In this document: positions 1 through 10,544 of the stretch, piece after piece
Layout: each line of letters starts with the position of its first letter
Position numbering within the stretch: the stretch's first letter is position 1
DNA from: a virus
Reading direction: 5' to 3' (one strand)
IMG/VR virus record: IMGVR_UViG_3300043411_001170
Span: 1-64,000 of that record
Length of the DNA stretch: 64,000 nt
Made by a program: the position numbers and the translations under genes
The notes under the pieces: generated by a model
Database searches by the model: none
Told to the model about the DNA's origin: nothing
Seen by the model: only the letters and a program-made list of their open reading frames with translations

Positions 1-71
1 TATTGAAAGAAGTCAGGTTGTGTATTCGTTACATTTTCTGCATCAACGAAAAACGAGTCTTTTGCGGCCAT
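1..71 (-). CDS. 5' end of a gene running off the window (MAAKDSFFVDAENVTNTQPDFFQ...)
   Basis: ATG at 71 with GGTGAG RBS upstream, open to the window edge, directly downstream of 89..1225 in the same operon. Confidence 0.6.
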   Translation of the reverse strand, partial: MAAKDSFFVDAENVTNTQPDFFQ

Positions 72-88
72 AATCTCACCTATTCTGA

Positions 89-1225
89 TTAAGAGATAAC
101 CCCATCTCTGGTTGCTCCGATAGTATTCCATCTAACTGTAGAACCATCCCAAGGTAATATATGTTTTACAACAGTTATCGAAGCTGATATACCAAAACAC
201 ATCCAAGTGGCCCCTACATTTGTATCATTTGGTGTAAAACCATAACAGACTCTCCAGAAATCAGGATCTGCTGTTCCGACATCCGAAAGATTTGAACATA
301 CTTTCATTGGATATAAACCATATCTATTCGGAGTATCCGTTTGCGTATTTGGCTGAACCTTTTCCATCGCTAAATTCCAACCAAATCCAACATCTTTTGT
401 TGTGACTCCATCTCTGCTAGTAATTCCTCCATCCCTAAGAGCCTCTGTACCTGTTGTAGTTCCCCATATATTTGTTCTATCTAAGCTTGCTCCTTGAGAA
501 GCGAACATGAATAAGGGGGCTACAGCCGTAATTTCTGAAGGAGGCAGATAAAATCCACCACCTACACAAAAGTTATCTAAAGTAGGAGTTCCACGGGCAG
601 CAATATTGATAAACCAATTATCTTCGTCTGCTATTAGATCCATAAACAGGTTAGTTGTTACGTTTGATGTATATCCCATCATGTTTTGTTTCGACGTTGC
701 AAACGCTCCACCTGTTGCATTAGATAGAGGGAACACATAGAGCGTTCCATTTGTCGGAGTAGTCCAAACAGGGTCTGATTTTACATGTGAACCCATTGAT
801 CCTGACGTGGGGATAAACGGGTTAAACGGAGCACCAAATTCGTCTAGGGCAGCAGCCATAGAAAAACCTAAATAAGATGCCGTTCCTGAACCTGCTGTTC
901 CACGAAATAATGCTGGATTACCTGGAGAAGTACCGAAAATAGGAGAGGCTGTCCATTGAAAATGAACATAATAAGGAAGAGGTCTTTGAACCGTTGCTAC
1001 AAATTCAAAAACTGCCCAGGCATTTGTTTGAAACGGATTTGCCCCATCATGAAAATCAGTCCCTGTAGCAGCGTTCCCATTATTTCTAGCTATTTCTGTG
1101 CAGTAACCTTGTGTTTCCAAGTATTTGAAGAAATCCCATGTTATTTTAAAGATGGATTGAGAATAGTTGGCTAAAGTGAGGCCAGTCAAATAACAGTTAG
1201 CTTTAAAATGGGGAGTTCCAGCCAT
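89..1225 (-). CDS. putative virion structural/tail-associated protein, paralog of 1246..2469
   Basis: 378 aa, G/T/A/N/W-rich; shares blocks CTEIARNNGNAA, NAWAVF, GFSMAA, DNWFI, CVGGG, DFWRV, PWDGST with the neighbour; co-oriented with the tail fibre. Confidence 0.6.
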   Translation of the reverse strand: MAGTPHFKANCYLTGLTLANYSQSIFKITWDFFKYLETQGYCTEIARNNGNAATGTDFHDGANPFQTNAWAVFEFVATVQRPLPYYVHFQWTASPIFGTSPGNPALFRGTAGSGTASYLGFSMAAALDEFGAPFNPFIPTSGSMGSHVKSDPVWTTPTNGTLYVFPLSNATGGAFATSKQNMMGYTSNVTTNLFMDLIADEDNWFINIAARGTPTLDNFCVGGGFYLPPSEITAVAPLFMFASQGASLDRTNIWGTTTGTEALRDGGITSRDGVTTKDVGFGWNLAMEKVQPNTQTDTPNRYGLYPMKVCSNLSDVGTADPDFWRVCYGFTPNDTNVGATWMCFGISASITVVKHILPWDGSTVRWNTIGATRDGVIS

Positions 1226-1245
1226 ATTTTAATCTCACATATTAA

Positions 1246-2469
1246 TTAGGATATTATTCCATTTCTTGTAAAATTACTACATCTTATTGTAGATCCATCC
1301 CAAGGCATCATTAGACTAGCTACATTAGGATCACTTGCTTGAGTAGTACCTGAAAACAGTATATGGCTCTTAGTAGATGTAGAGTCTCTAGGGTACAGTC
1401 CGTAAGTAACTCTCCAAAAATCTTGATCTGCGTGTCCAACATGAGATGTGCTTGCACATACTTGTAACGGGTATAATGGAAATTTTGAAGGGGACGTTGC
1501 AGTATCTGTTTCTAAATTCGCACGTCTTCTTTCCATTTGAGAGTCCCAACTAAAATCAACTGCTACATTTGCTGTTGGTGTGGCATTAGTTGTATTTCTA
1601 CCAATGGCACCTTCTCTTGTGCCTGTTCCTGCCGAAACGCCCCAAACATTTGTCCTATCTACAAAACTAGCGGTAGTTCTAGTATTGAGCATAAAAAGCG
1701 GGATTTCTGGACTAATATTAGAAGAATGGGGGAAGTAAAGACCGCCACCAACACAAGCCAAATCATTAAAAGCATTGTTTACATTAAAAGCAATAAACCA
1801 GTTATCTGCATCCCCGATACAGTCTATTCTTAATGACGAGGTTGCTGAACTTGTAGATAAGCCAATTGTATTTTGTTTATTCGTTGCATGGGTTCCACCT
1901 GTTTCGTTTGAGATAGGAAAGAAATAATTTGTGGGATTTCCAGCCGTTCCTTTGGCATTCCATACAGGTGTTTGTTTAGTATCAGATCCCAGCGATCCAG
2001 TAGCTGCAAAAGGCCAAGGCCCATCTGTAGCATGAGGAGATGATGCAGGAGCATCAGCAGAGGTTAATCCTGCTGCCATAGAAAAACCTACCTGAATATT
2101 TCCTGAGTTTCCTGCACTATTATAGATTAATCCAGGTGATCCAGGTGCTGTTCCAAACGCAGTTCCTGAAGCCCATTGCATGAGTACACAGTAGGGAAGA
2201 GTTCTACTAGGAGATGCTGGAAATTGAAATACTGCCCAAGCATTTTGCCCAAATGCAGAGGCTTCATCATAAAATCCAGTACCTAAAGGTGTAGGAGAAA
2301 ATGTAGCCGCGTTTCCGTTATTTCTGGCTATTTCAGTACAATGGCCTTCTGTTTCCATCTGTTTAAAGAAATCCCAGATAATCTTAAATGCTGCCTGATT
2401 TAGCTGTATCTGTGTAAGATTGGCAGGATCTAAAAAACAGTCTAGTTTGAAAACTTTTGTACCACTCAT
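1246..2469 (-). CDS. putative virion structural/tail-associated protein, paralog of 89..1225
   Basis: 407 aa, collinear similarity to 89..1225 over the full length. Confidence 0.6.
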   Translation of the reverse strand: MSGTKVFKLDCFLDPANLTQIQLNQAAFKIIWDFFKQMETEGHCTEIARNNGNAATFSPTPLGTGFYDEASAFGQNAWAVFQFPASPSRTLPYCVLMQWASGTAFGTAPGSPGLIYNSAGNSGNIQVGFSMAAGLTSADAPASSPHATDGPWPFAATGSLGSDTKQTPVWNAKGTAGNPTNYFFPISNETGGTHATNKQNTIGLSTSSATSSLRIDCIGDADNWFIAFNVNNAFNDLACVGGGLYFPHSSNISPEIPLFMLNTRTTASFVDRTNVWGVSAGTGTREGAIGRNTTNATPTANVAVDFSWDSQMERRRANLETDTATSPSKFPLYPLQVCASTSHVGHADQDFWRVTYGLYPRDSTSTKSHILFSGTTQASDPNVASLMMPWDGSTIRCSNFTRNGIIS

Positions 2470-2493
2470 CGCACACCACCTTTAAAATATTAA

Positions 2494-3009
2494 TTAATCG
2501 TGGAATTCATATTTAATTTCACCCAATCTCGGATGTTTTTCTATGATTTTTCTTAATTCAGCCATTGCGTCTGGATTTTGCAGTCCATTTCTTGTAAGAT
2601 TAATAAAATTCAATTTCGGAAATTTCAATAGTTCTTCAAAACCACGATAATTTACAATATCATTCTTTCTCAGATTCAACATCTCAAGATTAGGAGCGTC
2701 TAAATTTCCTATACCAACAAACGAGGGAATATGACTATTTGTGAGATACAGGTATTTTAATTTTGGGGCATTAAATCCTTGAAAATCTCTAAAATTACCT
2801 ATACGTCCTCCAGTTAACCGTGCGACTTCGACATTCGGAGCCGTTATCCCCGTAAAGTGGTTTAGGGTTTCTATATAGGTATCCCACTGTCTTGCATTTA
2901 TATCTAGCCCTATTTCTCTTAATCTTGAGATAGAAGGATCGTCATCTGTTTGACGTATTTTTGCCGCTAGTTTTTTAATTGCTATTGATAAACTCATGTT
3001 ACTATCCAA
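2494..3009 (-). CDS. small leucine-rich-repeat protein with KxA leader
   Basis: LRR-like units APKLKYLYLTNS, APNLEMLNLRKNDI, FPKLNFINLTRNGL; N-terminal IKKLAAK. Confidence 0.7.
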   Translation of the reverse strand: MDSNMSLSIAIKKLAAKIRQTDDDPSISRLREIGLDINARQWDTYIETLNHFTGITAPNVEVARLTGGRIGNFRDFQGFNAPKLKYLYLTNSHIPSFVGIGNLDAPNLEMLNLRKNDIVNYRGFEELLKFPKLNFINLTRNGLQNPDAMAELRKIIEKHPRLGEIKYEFHD

Positions 3010-3018
3010 TAGTTAGGG

Positions 3019-6000
3019 TTAGAATCCAATTTCTAACCAAGCTTTTGATAACTTTGTTATATCCGTACCTAAAGTGCCGTCATTTGTCATTCTTACTTCG
3101 TACATCGTTTCAACATCTCTTAATTCTCCAGCCCCAGATCCTACAACAAGTAATCCACTACGGTACGTTGTAGGTGAGTCACTTCCAGCACCTGTAGCTG
3201 TAAGAGTAGATCCCGTCACTAATTCTGTCCCAGGCTCATCGATATTTTGTAGATAAACAGTTCCTGTTAAAGCAGTGTCGGACATAGCTATTGTCGCACA
3301 AAATCTAAATGTTGTTCCTTGTCCATAAACAAGAGGATCTATTGGTGTATTTTCTTCAGTTAGTAAAGTAGAAGTTAAACCGTCTACTTCATTTTTACCT
3401 GCTAGATTCAAAATCTTTAGTTGTGGGAATCTAATACCTGTAGGTAGGACACCTTCATATACAAATGTTGTTGCAGTAGGAGTATTAAATCTGGGCAAGA
3501 TATTCGGAATACTAACATGGGTGATCCCAATAAATCTCAATTCGCTTCCTGCACCGTCATCTTCTGAAATATATATGTTTTGTGGGCTAGGTCCGAGTAC
3601 AGATATTTTAGTATTTGTCACAAGTACATTTAATGTCGAAGCAGATCGTGCAACAAAAATTGGAACATCTACCGTACCAGAGGCTGTTAGAATATGAATC
3701 GAGCAATTATTTAATACCGTTGAATTTGATCCGAAAGTATCGTCGTGACAAATAGCTGAGACAACCGAAGTAGATGCACCATCATTCTGACTAATTTCAA
3801 GGATACATTCGCTTAAGTTAATGGCACCAGCTACTACTGCTGTATCTTTGACAGTTATTGCAGCTATTTCTTGATCTTGACAGTCAGTACCTACAACCAA
3901 AGTACATTTCCTCAAAAAGATCTCATTGTCCGAGGATGTTGCTCGATATATAGCGGCGTAAAAAGTTCCAGAAGGAGTTGCGTGTGAAGCGGTGAAACTA
4001 AATCCGCTATTGTTGGCAACTAAAGTTCCCCCATTGATTCTAACCGCACTAGAATCACCTGTTTCTGCATCTTTTGCGATAGACACATTTACATTATTCA
4101 ATTCAGTGTACGAGATATTATTTATAATCAAAGCTGCTTGGTTAGGGACCACTTTAGCGGGAGTGCTCAACAAAGTAACGTCTTTTAAAGTACAGCTAGA
4201 GTTAGCAGTTACAATGACTTGAGTAATAATTGTCCTATCACCACGTCCAGCTAACGTGCATTGATCTGGCATGGTTACAATTTCGTTGTACGTTCCTGCT
4301 TCAGCAAAGATAAGAACATTTGTCTGTGCAGCCGTTATAATATCAGCACATGCACCATTAATTGATTGATATGGATGTTCTTGATCGAACATACTCAATC
4401 CAGTCCTTGTGTCTGATGCACGTTCATGTCCAGAAGATACCCATACTGTTTTTGCATAATTACTGGTTATTGGGAATCTAATACCCTGCACAGTTCCACT
4501 ATGATTAAAAATAAGAGTTGTCCCAGAGAAACGCTGTGGAATACTGGATTGTGGTTCTAAATAATGTTCTTCTGCAATAAATATTTGAATACTTCCGTTA
4601 TCATCTTCAGATACGAAATTATCTATTACAACAGTGTTAAATAAAATCGTGTTATTGGAAGCACTAAGTACAGTAACTGCATCCAATAATGAATATAAAA
4701 TTATATCATTTCCTGCTGCAAGGGATTCCAATTGGACATAGTTATTAGATGCTTTTATGTTTCTAACACCACCTGAAGTATCTGAAGAAATGAAAGATAA
4801 CTTACCAGTAGAAGCTCCATTTAAGCATCTAACGTGTACTTTACATGAGTCAATAAATATTTTGTTTGCGTTCCCTGAAGTGGTTCCGTAAATCGCACAG
4901 AAATTATCAGCAACTGTTGCACTATTCAATGATAATATTAAGTTTGAATTACGAATATCTACAGTATCCGAATTTCCAGATATCTCTATCAATGAATAGA
5001 ATCCAGTTCCAGGCCCAGTTAAAGATCCTGTAAATGTAACAGTTGTGTTGTTCAGAACAAGAGTAGAGGTAGCCCCTGTTATTTTTATACTGGTCTGATC
5101 TGTCCCAACAGCAGTTCTGGTACTTGATACAGTACAGTTATCTAATGTTACCTGAGCATTAACAACTTCTAATGTTAAGGTATTTGGGACTACTGTTGTA
5201 CCTGTATTTTCTATTTTTAGATCTTTTAGAGTAAATCCTAAAAATCCTGAGCATCCGACGTTAGAAATTATAGTTGTCGGACCCTCACCAATAAGATTGA
5301 CGGAAAATGCAGATAAGGTAACATACTCATCGTAAGTTGCTGCCGATATTTGAATAGCAGTACCTGCAACAGATACTGCATCAACAGCAGCCTGAATTGT
5401 TGCAAATGGATTCTCCATATCATATGGGTCTAATCCTGTTCTCGTATCCGTAGCCCTTTCGTGATTTTTCGCAACATAAATTGTTTTAGCGTAATTACTG
5501 GAATTTGGGAATTTAGTACCATCTGATAAAGTTCCCGTATGAACGTAAGTTCCAAGAGTAGCACCTATTCTAGCAGGTGGTACTGTTCCTGTGGGAAAAT
5601 CAGCCCATACAACATCTAATAATTTAAGTGTATTTCCTACTTGTTCAGAAGAACCTGCACCTGTAGGTGCTTGTCCTAGCACAAAAGTAGGGGAACTAAA
5701 AACAACATTAACTGTCCCAGAAGAATTCACAACAGCAGGAGTAATTGTTCCAGTACCACCCGAATTAAATCTAGGATAGGCACTTATACCACGAAGGTCT
5801 ACGTTACCCTGAGATGCTCCAATAGCACCAAATCCTGCTGCAATACCTGTAGGTCCAGAAGCTACACCATCGAAACTACCTGATAAAGATCCACCACCTA
5901 AAGAAAGGATATCATTAGCGGCATTGGTTCCTTCATGAAGGATACCATATACTTTTTGTGCGGCAGCATTTGACGAAGAGTAACAATCACAGTCCTGTAA

Positions 6001-6948
6001 GTAAAGAGTATTTACTCCTGCACCTGTTGTAATAATCCCGCCATAAGCAACAGTAGAAGCTCCTCCGTGCAGAGCTACAAGTCCAAATCTACAAGCATGT
6101 GCATTTAGTGATCCCCCATTTACAGTAACAGCACCTCTATCCCCTGCATCAGAATCAAGGTAGAAGTCTTCGTTATTTACTCTGGTTAAGTAAACTGACG
6201 TTCCATTACTTATTTCAAGTGGGCTTTCATTTGGAGCAACACTTGCTGCGGCATCATTATATAGTCTAACATCACTAATTCTATTATTAGCACCACTAGA
6301 ACAAATAACCCTAGTGATATAGACTTGTGATCCCATTCCTTTTATATCTATATACTCACCCAACGTAACTACTTCATCGTAATATTCATCAGCTACGTAA
6401 ATAGTAACATTGAATTCTAAGGCTGCTACGATCTCATCAACAGCAGCCTGAATCGTCTCAAAAGGATTCTCCATATCAAAAAGATCTAGCCCGATTCTAG
6501 TATCTGTAGCCCTTTCATGTCCTTTCGATACAAAAACCGTTTTCGCATATACACTTGTAGAATTACCACTACCCCCACCACCTGCTTGAGCAAAAACAAG
6601 AGGGGTAACACCTACAGTGATTGGATTGTCAGTAGTGACCATCCAAATTGAAGCAGCATTTGTAGTTCCTGCCCCAACAGCAACTAACATACCCTCTGAA
6701 ACTTTACCTGTAATTGCATCCTCAGATCTTTGTAAAAAATTTCCTGCAATTACGTCATAAATTCCATTTTGTGCAGGAGTAGATTGATCTTTTACAAGGA
6801 TTCTATCACCGACACTTAAGGATGCAGAATCAAGAGTCGCAAAACTGAGAGCAAGATTTATATTTATTCCTATAGTAGCTGCCCGAACAGACTTCTTTAT
6901 AGCTTGTGAAAGTTTATTTTGATCATTAAGCGTCAATAAATAAGTCAT
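3019..6948 (-). CDS. tail fibre/tailspike with three tandem pectate-lyase-like beta-helix modules
   Basis: N-terminal fibre motif SVRAAT..GDRILVKDQ..AQNGIY..RSEDA; three repeats starting YAKT(V/I)xVxxxHERA(T/S)DTRxGL, each followed by beta-rich sequence. Confidence 0.75.
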   Translation of the reverse strand: MTYLLTLNDQNKLSQAIKKSVRAATIGININLALSFATLDSASLSVGDRILVKDQSTPAQNGIYDVIAGNFLQRSEDAITGKVSEGMLVAVGAGTTNAASIWMVTTDNPITVGVTPLVFAQAGGGGSGNSTSVYAKTVFVSKGHERATDTRIGLDLFDMENPFETIQAAVDEIVAALEFNVTIYVADEYYDEVVTLGEYIDIKGMGSQVYITRVICSSGANNRISDVRLYNDAAASVAPNESPLEISNGTSVYLTRVNNEDFYLDSDAGDRGAVTVNGGSLNAHACRFGLVALHGGASTVAYGGIITTGAGVNTLYLQDCDCYSSSNAAAQKVYGILHEGTNAANDILSLGGGSLSGSFDGVASGPTGIAAGFGAIGASQGNVDLRGISAYPRFNSGGTGTITPAVVNSSGTVNVVFSSPTFVLGQAPTGAGSSEQVGNTLKLLDVVWADFPTGTVPPARIGATLGTYVHTGTLSDGTKFPNSSNYAKTIYVAKNHERATDTRTGLDPYDMENPFATIQAAVDAVSVAGTAIQISAATYDEYVTLSAFSVNLIGEGPTTIISNVGCSGFLGFTLKDLKIENTGTTVVPNTLTLEVVNAQVTLDNCTVSSTRTAVGTDQTSIKITGATSTLVLNNTTVTFTGSLTGPGTGFYSLIEISGNSDTVDIRNSNLILSLNSATVADNFCAIYGTTSGNANKIFIDSCKVHVRCLNGASTGKLSFISSDTSGGVRNIKASNNYVQLESLAAGNDIILYSLLDAVTVLSASNNTILFNTVVIDNFVSEDDNGSIQIFIAEEHYLEPQSSIPQRFSGTTLIFNHSGTVQGIRFPITSNYAKTVWVSSGHERASDTRTGLSMFDQEHPYQSINGACADIITAAQTNVLIFAEAGTYNEIVTMPDQCTLAGRGDRTIITQVIVTANSSCTLKDVTLLSTPAKVVPNQAALIINNISYTELNNVNVSIAKDAETGDSSAVRINGGTLVANNSGFSFTASHATPSGTFYAAIYRATSSDNEIFLRKCTLVVGTDCQDQEIAAITVKDTAVVAGAINLSECILEISQNDGASTSVVSAICHDDTFGSNSTVLNNCSIHILTASGTVDVPIFVARSASTLNVLVTNTKISVLGPSPQNIYISEDDGAGSELRFIGITHVSIPNILPRFNTPTATTFVYEGVLPTGIRFPQLKILNLAGKNEVDGLTSTLLTEENTPIDPLVYGQGTTFRFCATIAMSDTALTGTVYLQNIDEPGTELVTGSTLTATGAGSDSPTTYRSGLLVVGSGAGELRDVETMYEVRMTNDGTLGTDITKLSKAWLEIGF

Positions 6949-7077
6949 ATTTTAAAACTCGTGAACTATAGTTACTATTCAATAAAAAATTGCAAGCCAA
7001 TATAGGATAAAATTGTAATTCTATCATGGTAAACTATTAAAACTCTATTTTATCGAACCAATAATAGGAATGCCCAA

Positions 7078-7103
7078 CATAAAAATATTATAATATTTTT
7101 ATG
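7078..7103. promoter_or_regulatory. perfect 26-bp palindrome in divergent intergenic region
   Basis: CATAAAAATATTATAATATTTTTATG is its own reverse complement; lies between divergent 6948(-) and 7166(+). Confidence 0.4.
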
Positions 7104-7165
7104 CTAAATCTACTATTAATAACATTAAACATGTCCAAGTAAGGATATGTTAAGGAGCATACTAT

Positions 7166-7753
7166 ATGTTATTGATCGCGTTAGTTGGTGAAAGTGGTGC
7201 GGGAAAAACTACTCTTGAAACAAATTTATCTGCCGATGGTTACGCTCAAAAATTGATATCAACAACTTCTAGAGCCAAGAGAGCGTCAGATGCGGATAAT
7301 GCTTATTATTTCGTAACTAGAGAAGAATTTGAAAATTCAGATCAATTTTTAGAGAAGGAAATATATGGAAATAACTACTATGGTTTATCTAAAGCCGAAT
7401 TAAAGCGTGTAAAGGATAAAGCTTGCTTTGTCTGCACTCTTGGAGGTTATGAACAGATCGTAGCAAAAATAGATTTTAAAGCCATTTTGTTTTACATTAC
7501 CTGTGATAAAGAAATTTTGAAGAATAGAATGCTATCAAGAGGAGACTCACTAGAATCTATCGAATCTAGACTAGCACAAGATAAATCTCGCTTTAATGAC
7601 ATAGAGGAAATTTCTAAATACAATAATTTTGAAATAGTCGTGATAGATAAAATGTATCCAGCATATAAAATAGATACATCAAACCTAAATGAAGTGGAGA
7701 CACTTGAGTTAGTTAAGAAAATAATAGTCGGTGATTCTTTTTTCCCTCTATAA
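7166..7753 (+). CDS. gmk: guanylate kinase-like NMP kinase
   Basis: P-loop GESGAGKT, ISTTSR, YYFVTREEF, YGNNYYG, RMLSRGD. Confidence 0.85.
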   Translation: MLLIALVGESGAGKTTLETNLSADGYAQKLISTTSRAKRASDADNAYYFVTREEFENSDQFLEKEIYGNNYYGLSKAELKRVKDKACFVCTLGGYEQIVAKIDFKAILFYITCDKEILKNRMLSRGDSLESIESRLAQDKSRFNDIEEISKYNNFEIVVIDKMYPAYKIDTSNLNEVETLELVKKIIVGDSFFPL

Positions 7754-7768
7754 CTAAAGGATGATTAA

Positions 7769-8716
7769 ATGGATTGGCAGAAAGAACTTGAAGAAGGAAG
7801 AACGGTTATAAGAAGGGATAGTTCTAATCCTATAGTAAAAGAAGCCATAAAAAATGGCCATGAATTTTGCGGAGAAGAACTATTAAGTACTCGTATACTA
7901 TCTGAACTCTATTACATAGTAAAAAGAATAATAGATACTGACTTTGATTCTGAAAACGATTATATTTATGACGCATCTTTCGATTTAATGATTGAAGACG
8001 CCATATTTACGGGTATACCAGAAGCAAATCAAATACTTGATAAAATTTTATCTCCAACTTTATCAGTGGCCGATGGAGAAATTAACAATAATTTCTCAAA
8101 TATCGATATTGAATCGGCTGATAAAATACTAGACGTAATAGTTCAAGTAACCCCTACTCATATACATTCTGACAGGCCATATAAAAAGACTTTTAATTTA
8201 TCGCATATTAATAATATAAGAGATGTAAAAAGGATCTTAATATATAAACTATGTGAAGAATTTACTTCTGTACTAAAAGAAAGTAGATACTCTGGATATC
8301 TTATTTTTAATAGCACAAGGATAGTAGATTCAAAAATTCATGAGGATACTTTAGAGGAATATCTTACTGGACGTGGAAGTGCTTATTTAACTATTTCTAC
8401 AAGAAGTTTAGAAATAGTGTCGAATAATAAATTCTCATTTTATGTAATGGTTTTATATAACGGTACTTCTATACAGTATTTTCAAATAAATATTAAAAAT
8501 AAAAAATATCAGGCATATGAGCGTCTAGTTGTAGAAGGGTTCTCTGATATTAGGTGGAACACGCCCTGGTTAAGTATACGTGTTGAAAACCATACATTAG
8601 AATTATTGAAGAATAAAATTCGTCTATACGAGTATAGGATAAAGAGAGTATACCATGAAATACTTTATATAGACGAAGATGACAAAGTTCTATTATTAAC
8701 CAGTCCTGCTTACTAA
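7769..8716 (+). CDS. hypothetical protein
   Basis: 315 aa ORF with AAGGA RBS; no recognisable motif. Confidence 0.7.
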   Translation: MDWQKELEEGRTVIRRDSSNPIVKEAIKNGHEFCGEELLSTRILSELYYIVKRIIDTDFDSENDYIYDASFDLMIEDAIFTGIPEANQILDKILSPTLSVADGEINNNFSNIDIESADKILDVIVQVTPTHIHSDRPYKKTFNLSHINNIRDVKRILIYKLCEEFTSVLKESRYSGYLIFNSTRIVDSKIHEDTLEEYLTGRGSAYLTISTRSLEIVSNNKFSFYVMVLYNGTSIQYFQINIKNKKYQAYERLVVEGFSDIRWNTPWLSIRVENHTLELLKNKIRLYEYRIKRVYHEILYIDEDDKVLLLTSPAY

Positions 8717-8721
8717 TAGAG

Positions 8722-8949
8722 TTAAGTATCTGAGTATTCAAATTTTAAAGATTCTAAAGTTGTTATCTTAAATTCTTTAGTTAGCATGGCTTTGAATAAA
8801 GACCATGTTCCATTTTTTATAAGCTCCTCTATAGATCCAGTTCCTTTAAAGATAATACGATCAAATTGATCCCCTATCTTTTTGGCTTCACCATAAAACA
8901 CATCAAAACTAGTTGCTGTAATTTTATACTTGATCACAAGAGTTGCCAT
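8722..8949 (-). CDS. small hypothetical protein
   Basis: fills the gap between plus-strand genes; GAGGG RBS precedes ATG at 8949 (MATLVIKY...). Confidence 0.5.
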   Translation of the reverse strand: MATLVIKYKITATSFDVFYGEAKKIGDQFDRIIFKGTGSIEELIKNGTWSLFKAMLTKEFKITTLESLKFEYSDT

Positions 8950-9019
8950 TTTACCCTCTAAATTAGTCGAAACACCTTCCCCCATCTAGAAAAAAATAGA
9001 ATAGAAAAAAGGATAAAAA

Positions 9020-10522
9020 GTGGACCTTACAAGGTTAATAAAAACAGTAGAAATGGACAGATCTTATATTCCTCAGTTGAAAAGAGAAGTAAGAAGATCT
9101 GAGGACATAATACTATCATTATATGTTATATCCCTACACCTACCTAATAAATTGTTATGGAAAGGTGTACTCCATATATTTTCAGAGATTCTACGTAGAC
9201 TAGATAAAGACCAAATAGATGAGGCTACAGATAAAATAAATATATGGTTTTCACACTGGCCTGATAAAATTAGAGCTATCAGCGTCTATAACTCTAGTAC
9301 GGTAGTAGGGGATAAATATGAAGACTATATATTTATATCTAATTATTTTTTAAGAATATCTAAAACATTAATCTATTTAGGTAATATCGAACTAAATCAA
9401 ATTTACGAAGTGTTAGATATAAACAGACATTTATCTTCTCTTGTACTAAATGTAGATCTAGTGCAAAAACCTATTGAACTAGATCTGAGTAAATATACAA
9501 ATTTATCTTATTTCAAGATAAAAAAAGATAGATACAGTAATGATCCAGATATAAAAGTTCAATTACCCGATTCTATTGAATTTGTTGGTTTACATAGAGT
9601 ATTTCCAAATAGAATGTTAATTTTCAACAGTCGGTTATTTTCAAATTTAACTTCACTTCCTAATCTAAAAGCTATATCTGTTCCTATAGACACGTTGGAT
9701 TCAAAACAAGATTATTATGACCCGACCAATATTTCATTCCTGTCTAGTATAATAAAGGAGAAAAATATTTCGGGGCTTGATATGACAATAGGTATAGATA
9801 CTAATTTTAGGGCAGATCCGTTCTATACCCTTTTTGAAAGTATCGTATCTCGTTCACATCTTCTAGAAACATTAGCAATTCGTTTTACATCTGATTTTGC
9901 TAAAAGCATCATAGTATCTAATATGTTTAATCCATTGAATAATAAATGTATTAGTTTTAAAAATTTAAAGAAATTAAAAATAGCCAATTTTGATCTAAGT
10001 TCTATGGAACATATAGACTTTTCACGTCTAGAGGAAGTAAAAGGGAAATTTTCTTCCCCTGATACTATTTCAGAGATGCCAAGATTAAAAAAATTAACAG
10101 GGTATTTTTCAGCAGATATAAATACTGATCAGGCGTTCAAAAAAGTAAATAACGAAAATTTATTGCACTTGGATATACACTTAAAGAATTATTTTACTAA
10201 TATTTTTGACAAAGTATTACCTTTGCCAAGAGGAGTATTTCGATATGCAAGGTATTTTCCTAATTTACGAGTATTAAAAACAAAACAATTTCATCCAGAA
10301 AAACAATACTCCTATATAAAGAAAATGGGTAATGACTGTCATCTGGAAACAGTTATGATTAAAGGGAGTCAAAGTGCTCCTTTACTAAAACCAAAAGTAT
10401 CAGATAATATTATTGCTATGCAGTATCTATTTGGACATACGGATACAAAAAGTACTATATTTAACGAGAATAAGGGATTATTTATCATTGAAAGTAAGAA
10501 AAGATTAGATAGTCCGTTCTAA
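9020..10522 (+). CDS. divergent leucine-rich-repeat protein
   Basis: repeated LxxLxL units (YTNLSYFKI, LPNLKAISV, FKNLKKLKI, MPRLKKLTG, FPNLRVLKT). Confidence 0.6.
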   Translation: MDLTRLIKTVEMDRSYIPQLKREVRRSEDIILSLYVISLHLPNKLLWKGVLHIFSEILRRLDKDQIDEATDKINIWFSHWPDKIRAISVYNSSTVVGDKYEDYIFISNYFLRISKTLIYLGNIELNQIYEVLDINRHLSSLVLNVDLVQKPIELDLSKYTNLSYFKIKKDRYSNDPDIKVQLPDSIEFVGLHRVFPNRMLIFNSRLFSNLTSLPNLKAISVPIDTLDSKQDYYDPTNISFLSSIIKEKNISGLDMTIGIDTNFRADPFYTLFESIVSRSHLLETLAIRFTSDFAKSIIVSNMFNPLNNKCISFKNLKKLKIANFDLSSMEHIDFSRLEEVKGKFSSPDTISEMPRLKKLTGYFSADINTDQAFKKVNNENLLHLDIHLKNYFTNIFDKVLPLPRGVFRYARYFPNLRVLKTKQFHPEKQYSYIKKMGNDCHLETVMIKGSQSAPLLKPKVSDNIIAMQYLFGHTDTKSTIFNENKGLFIIESKKRLDSPF

Positions 10523-10544
10523 ACAGCACAAGAGGATTTTAAAT

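Noticed and set aside
3019-6948. Diversity-generating retroelement acting on the tail fibre repeats
   Set aside because: No reverse transcriptase in the window, and repeat differences are not adenine-specific
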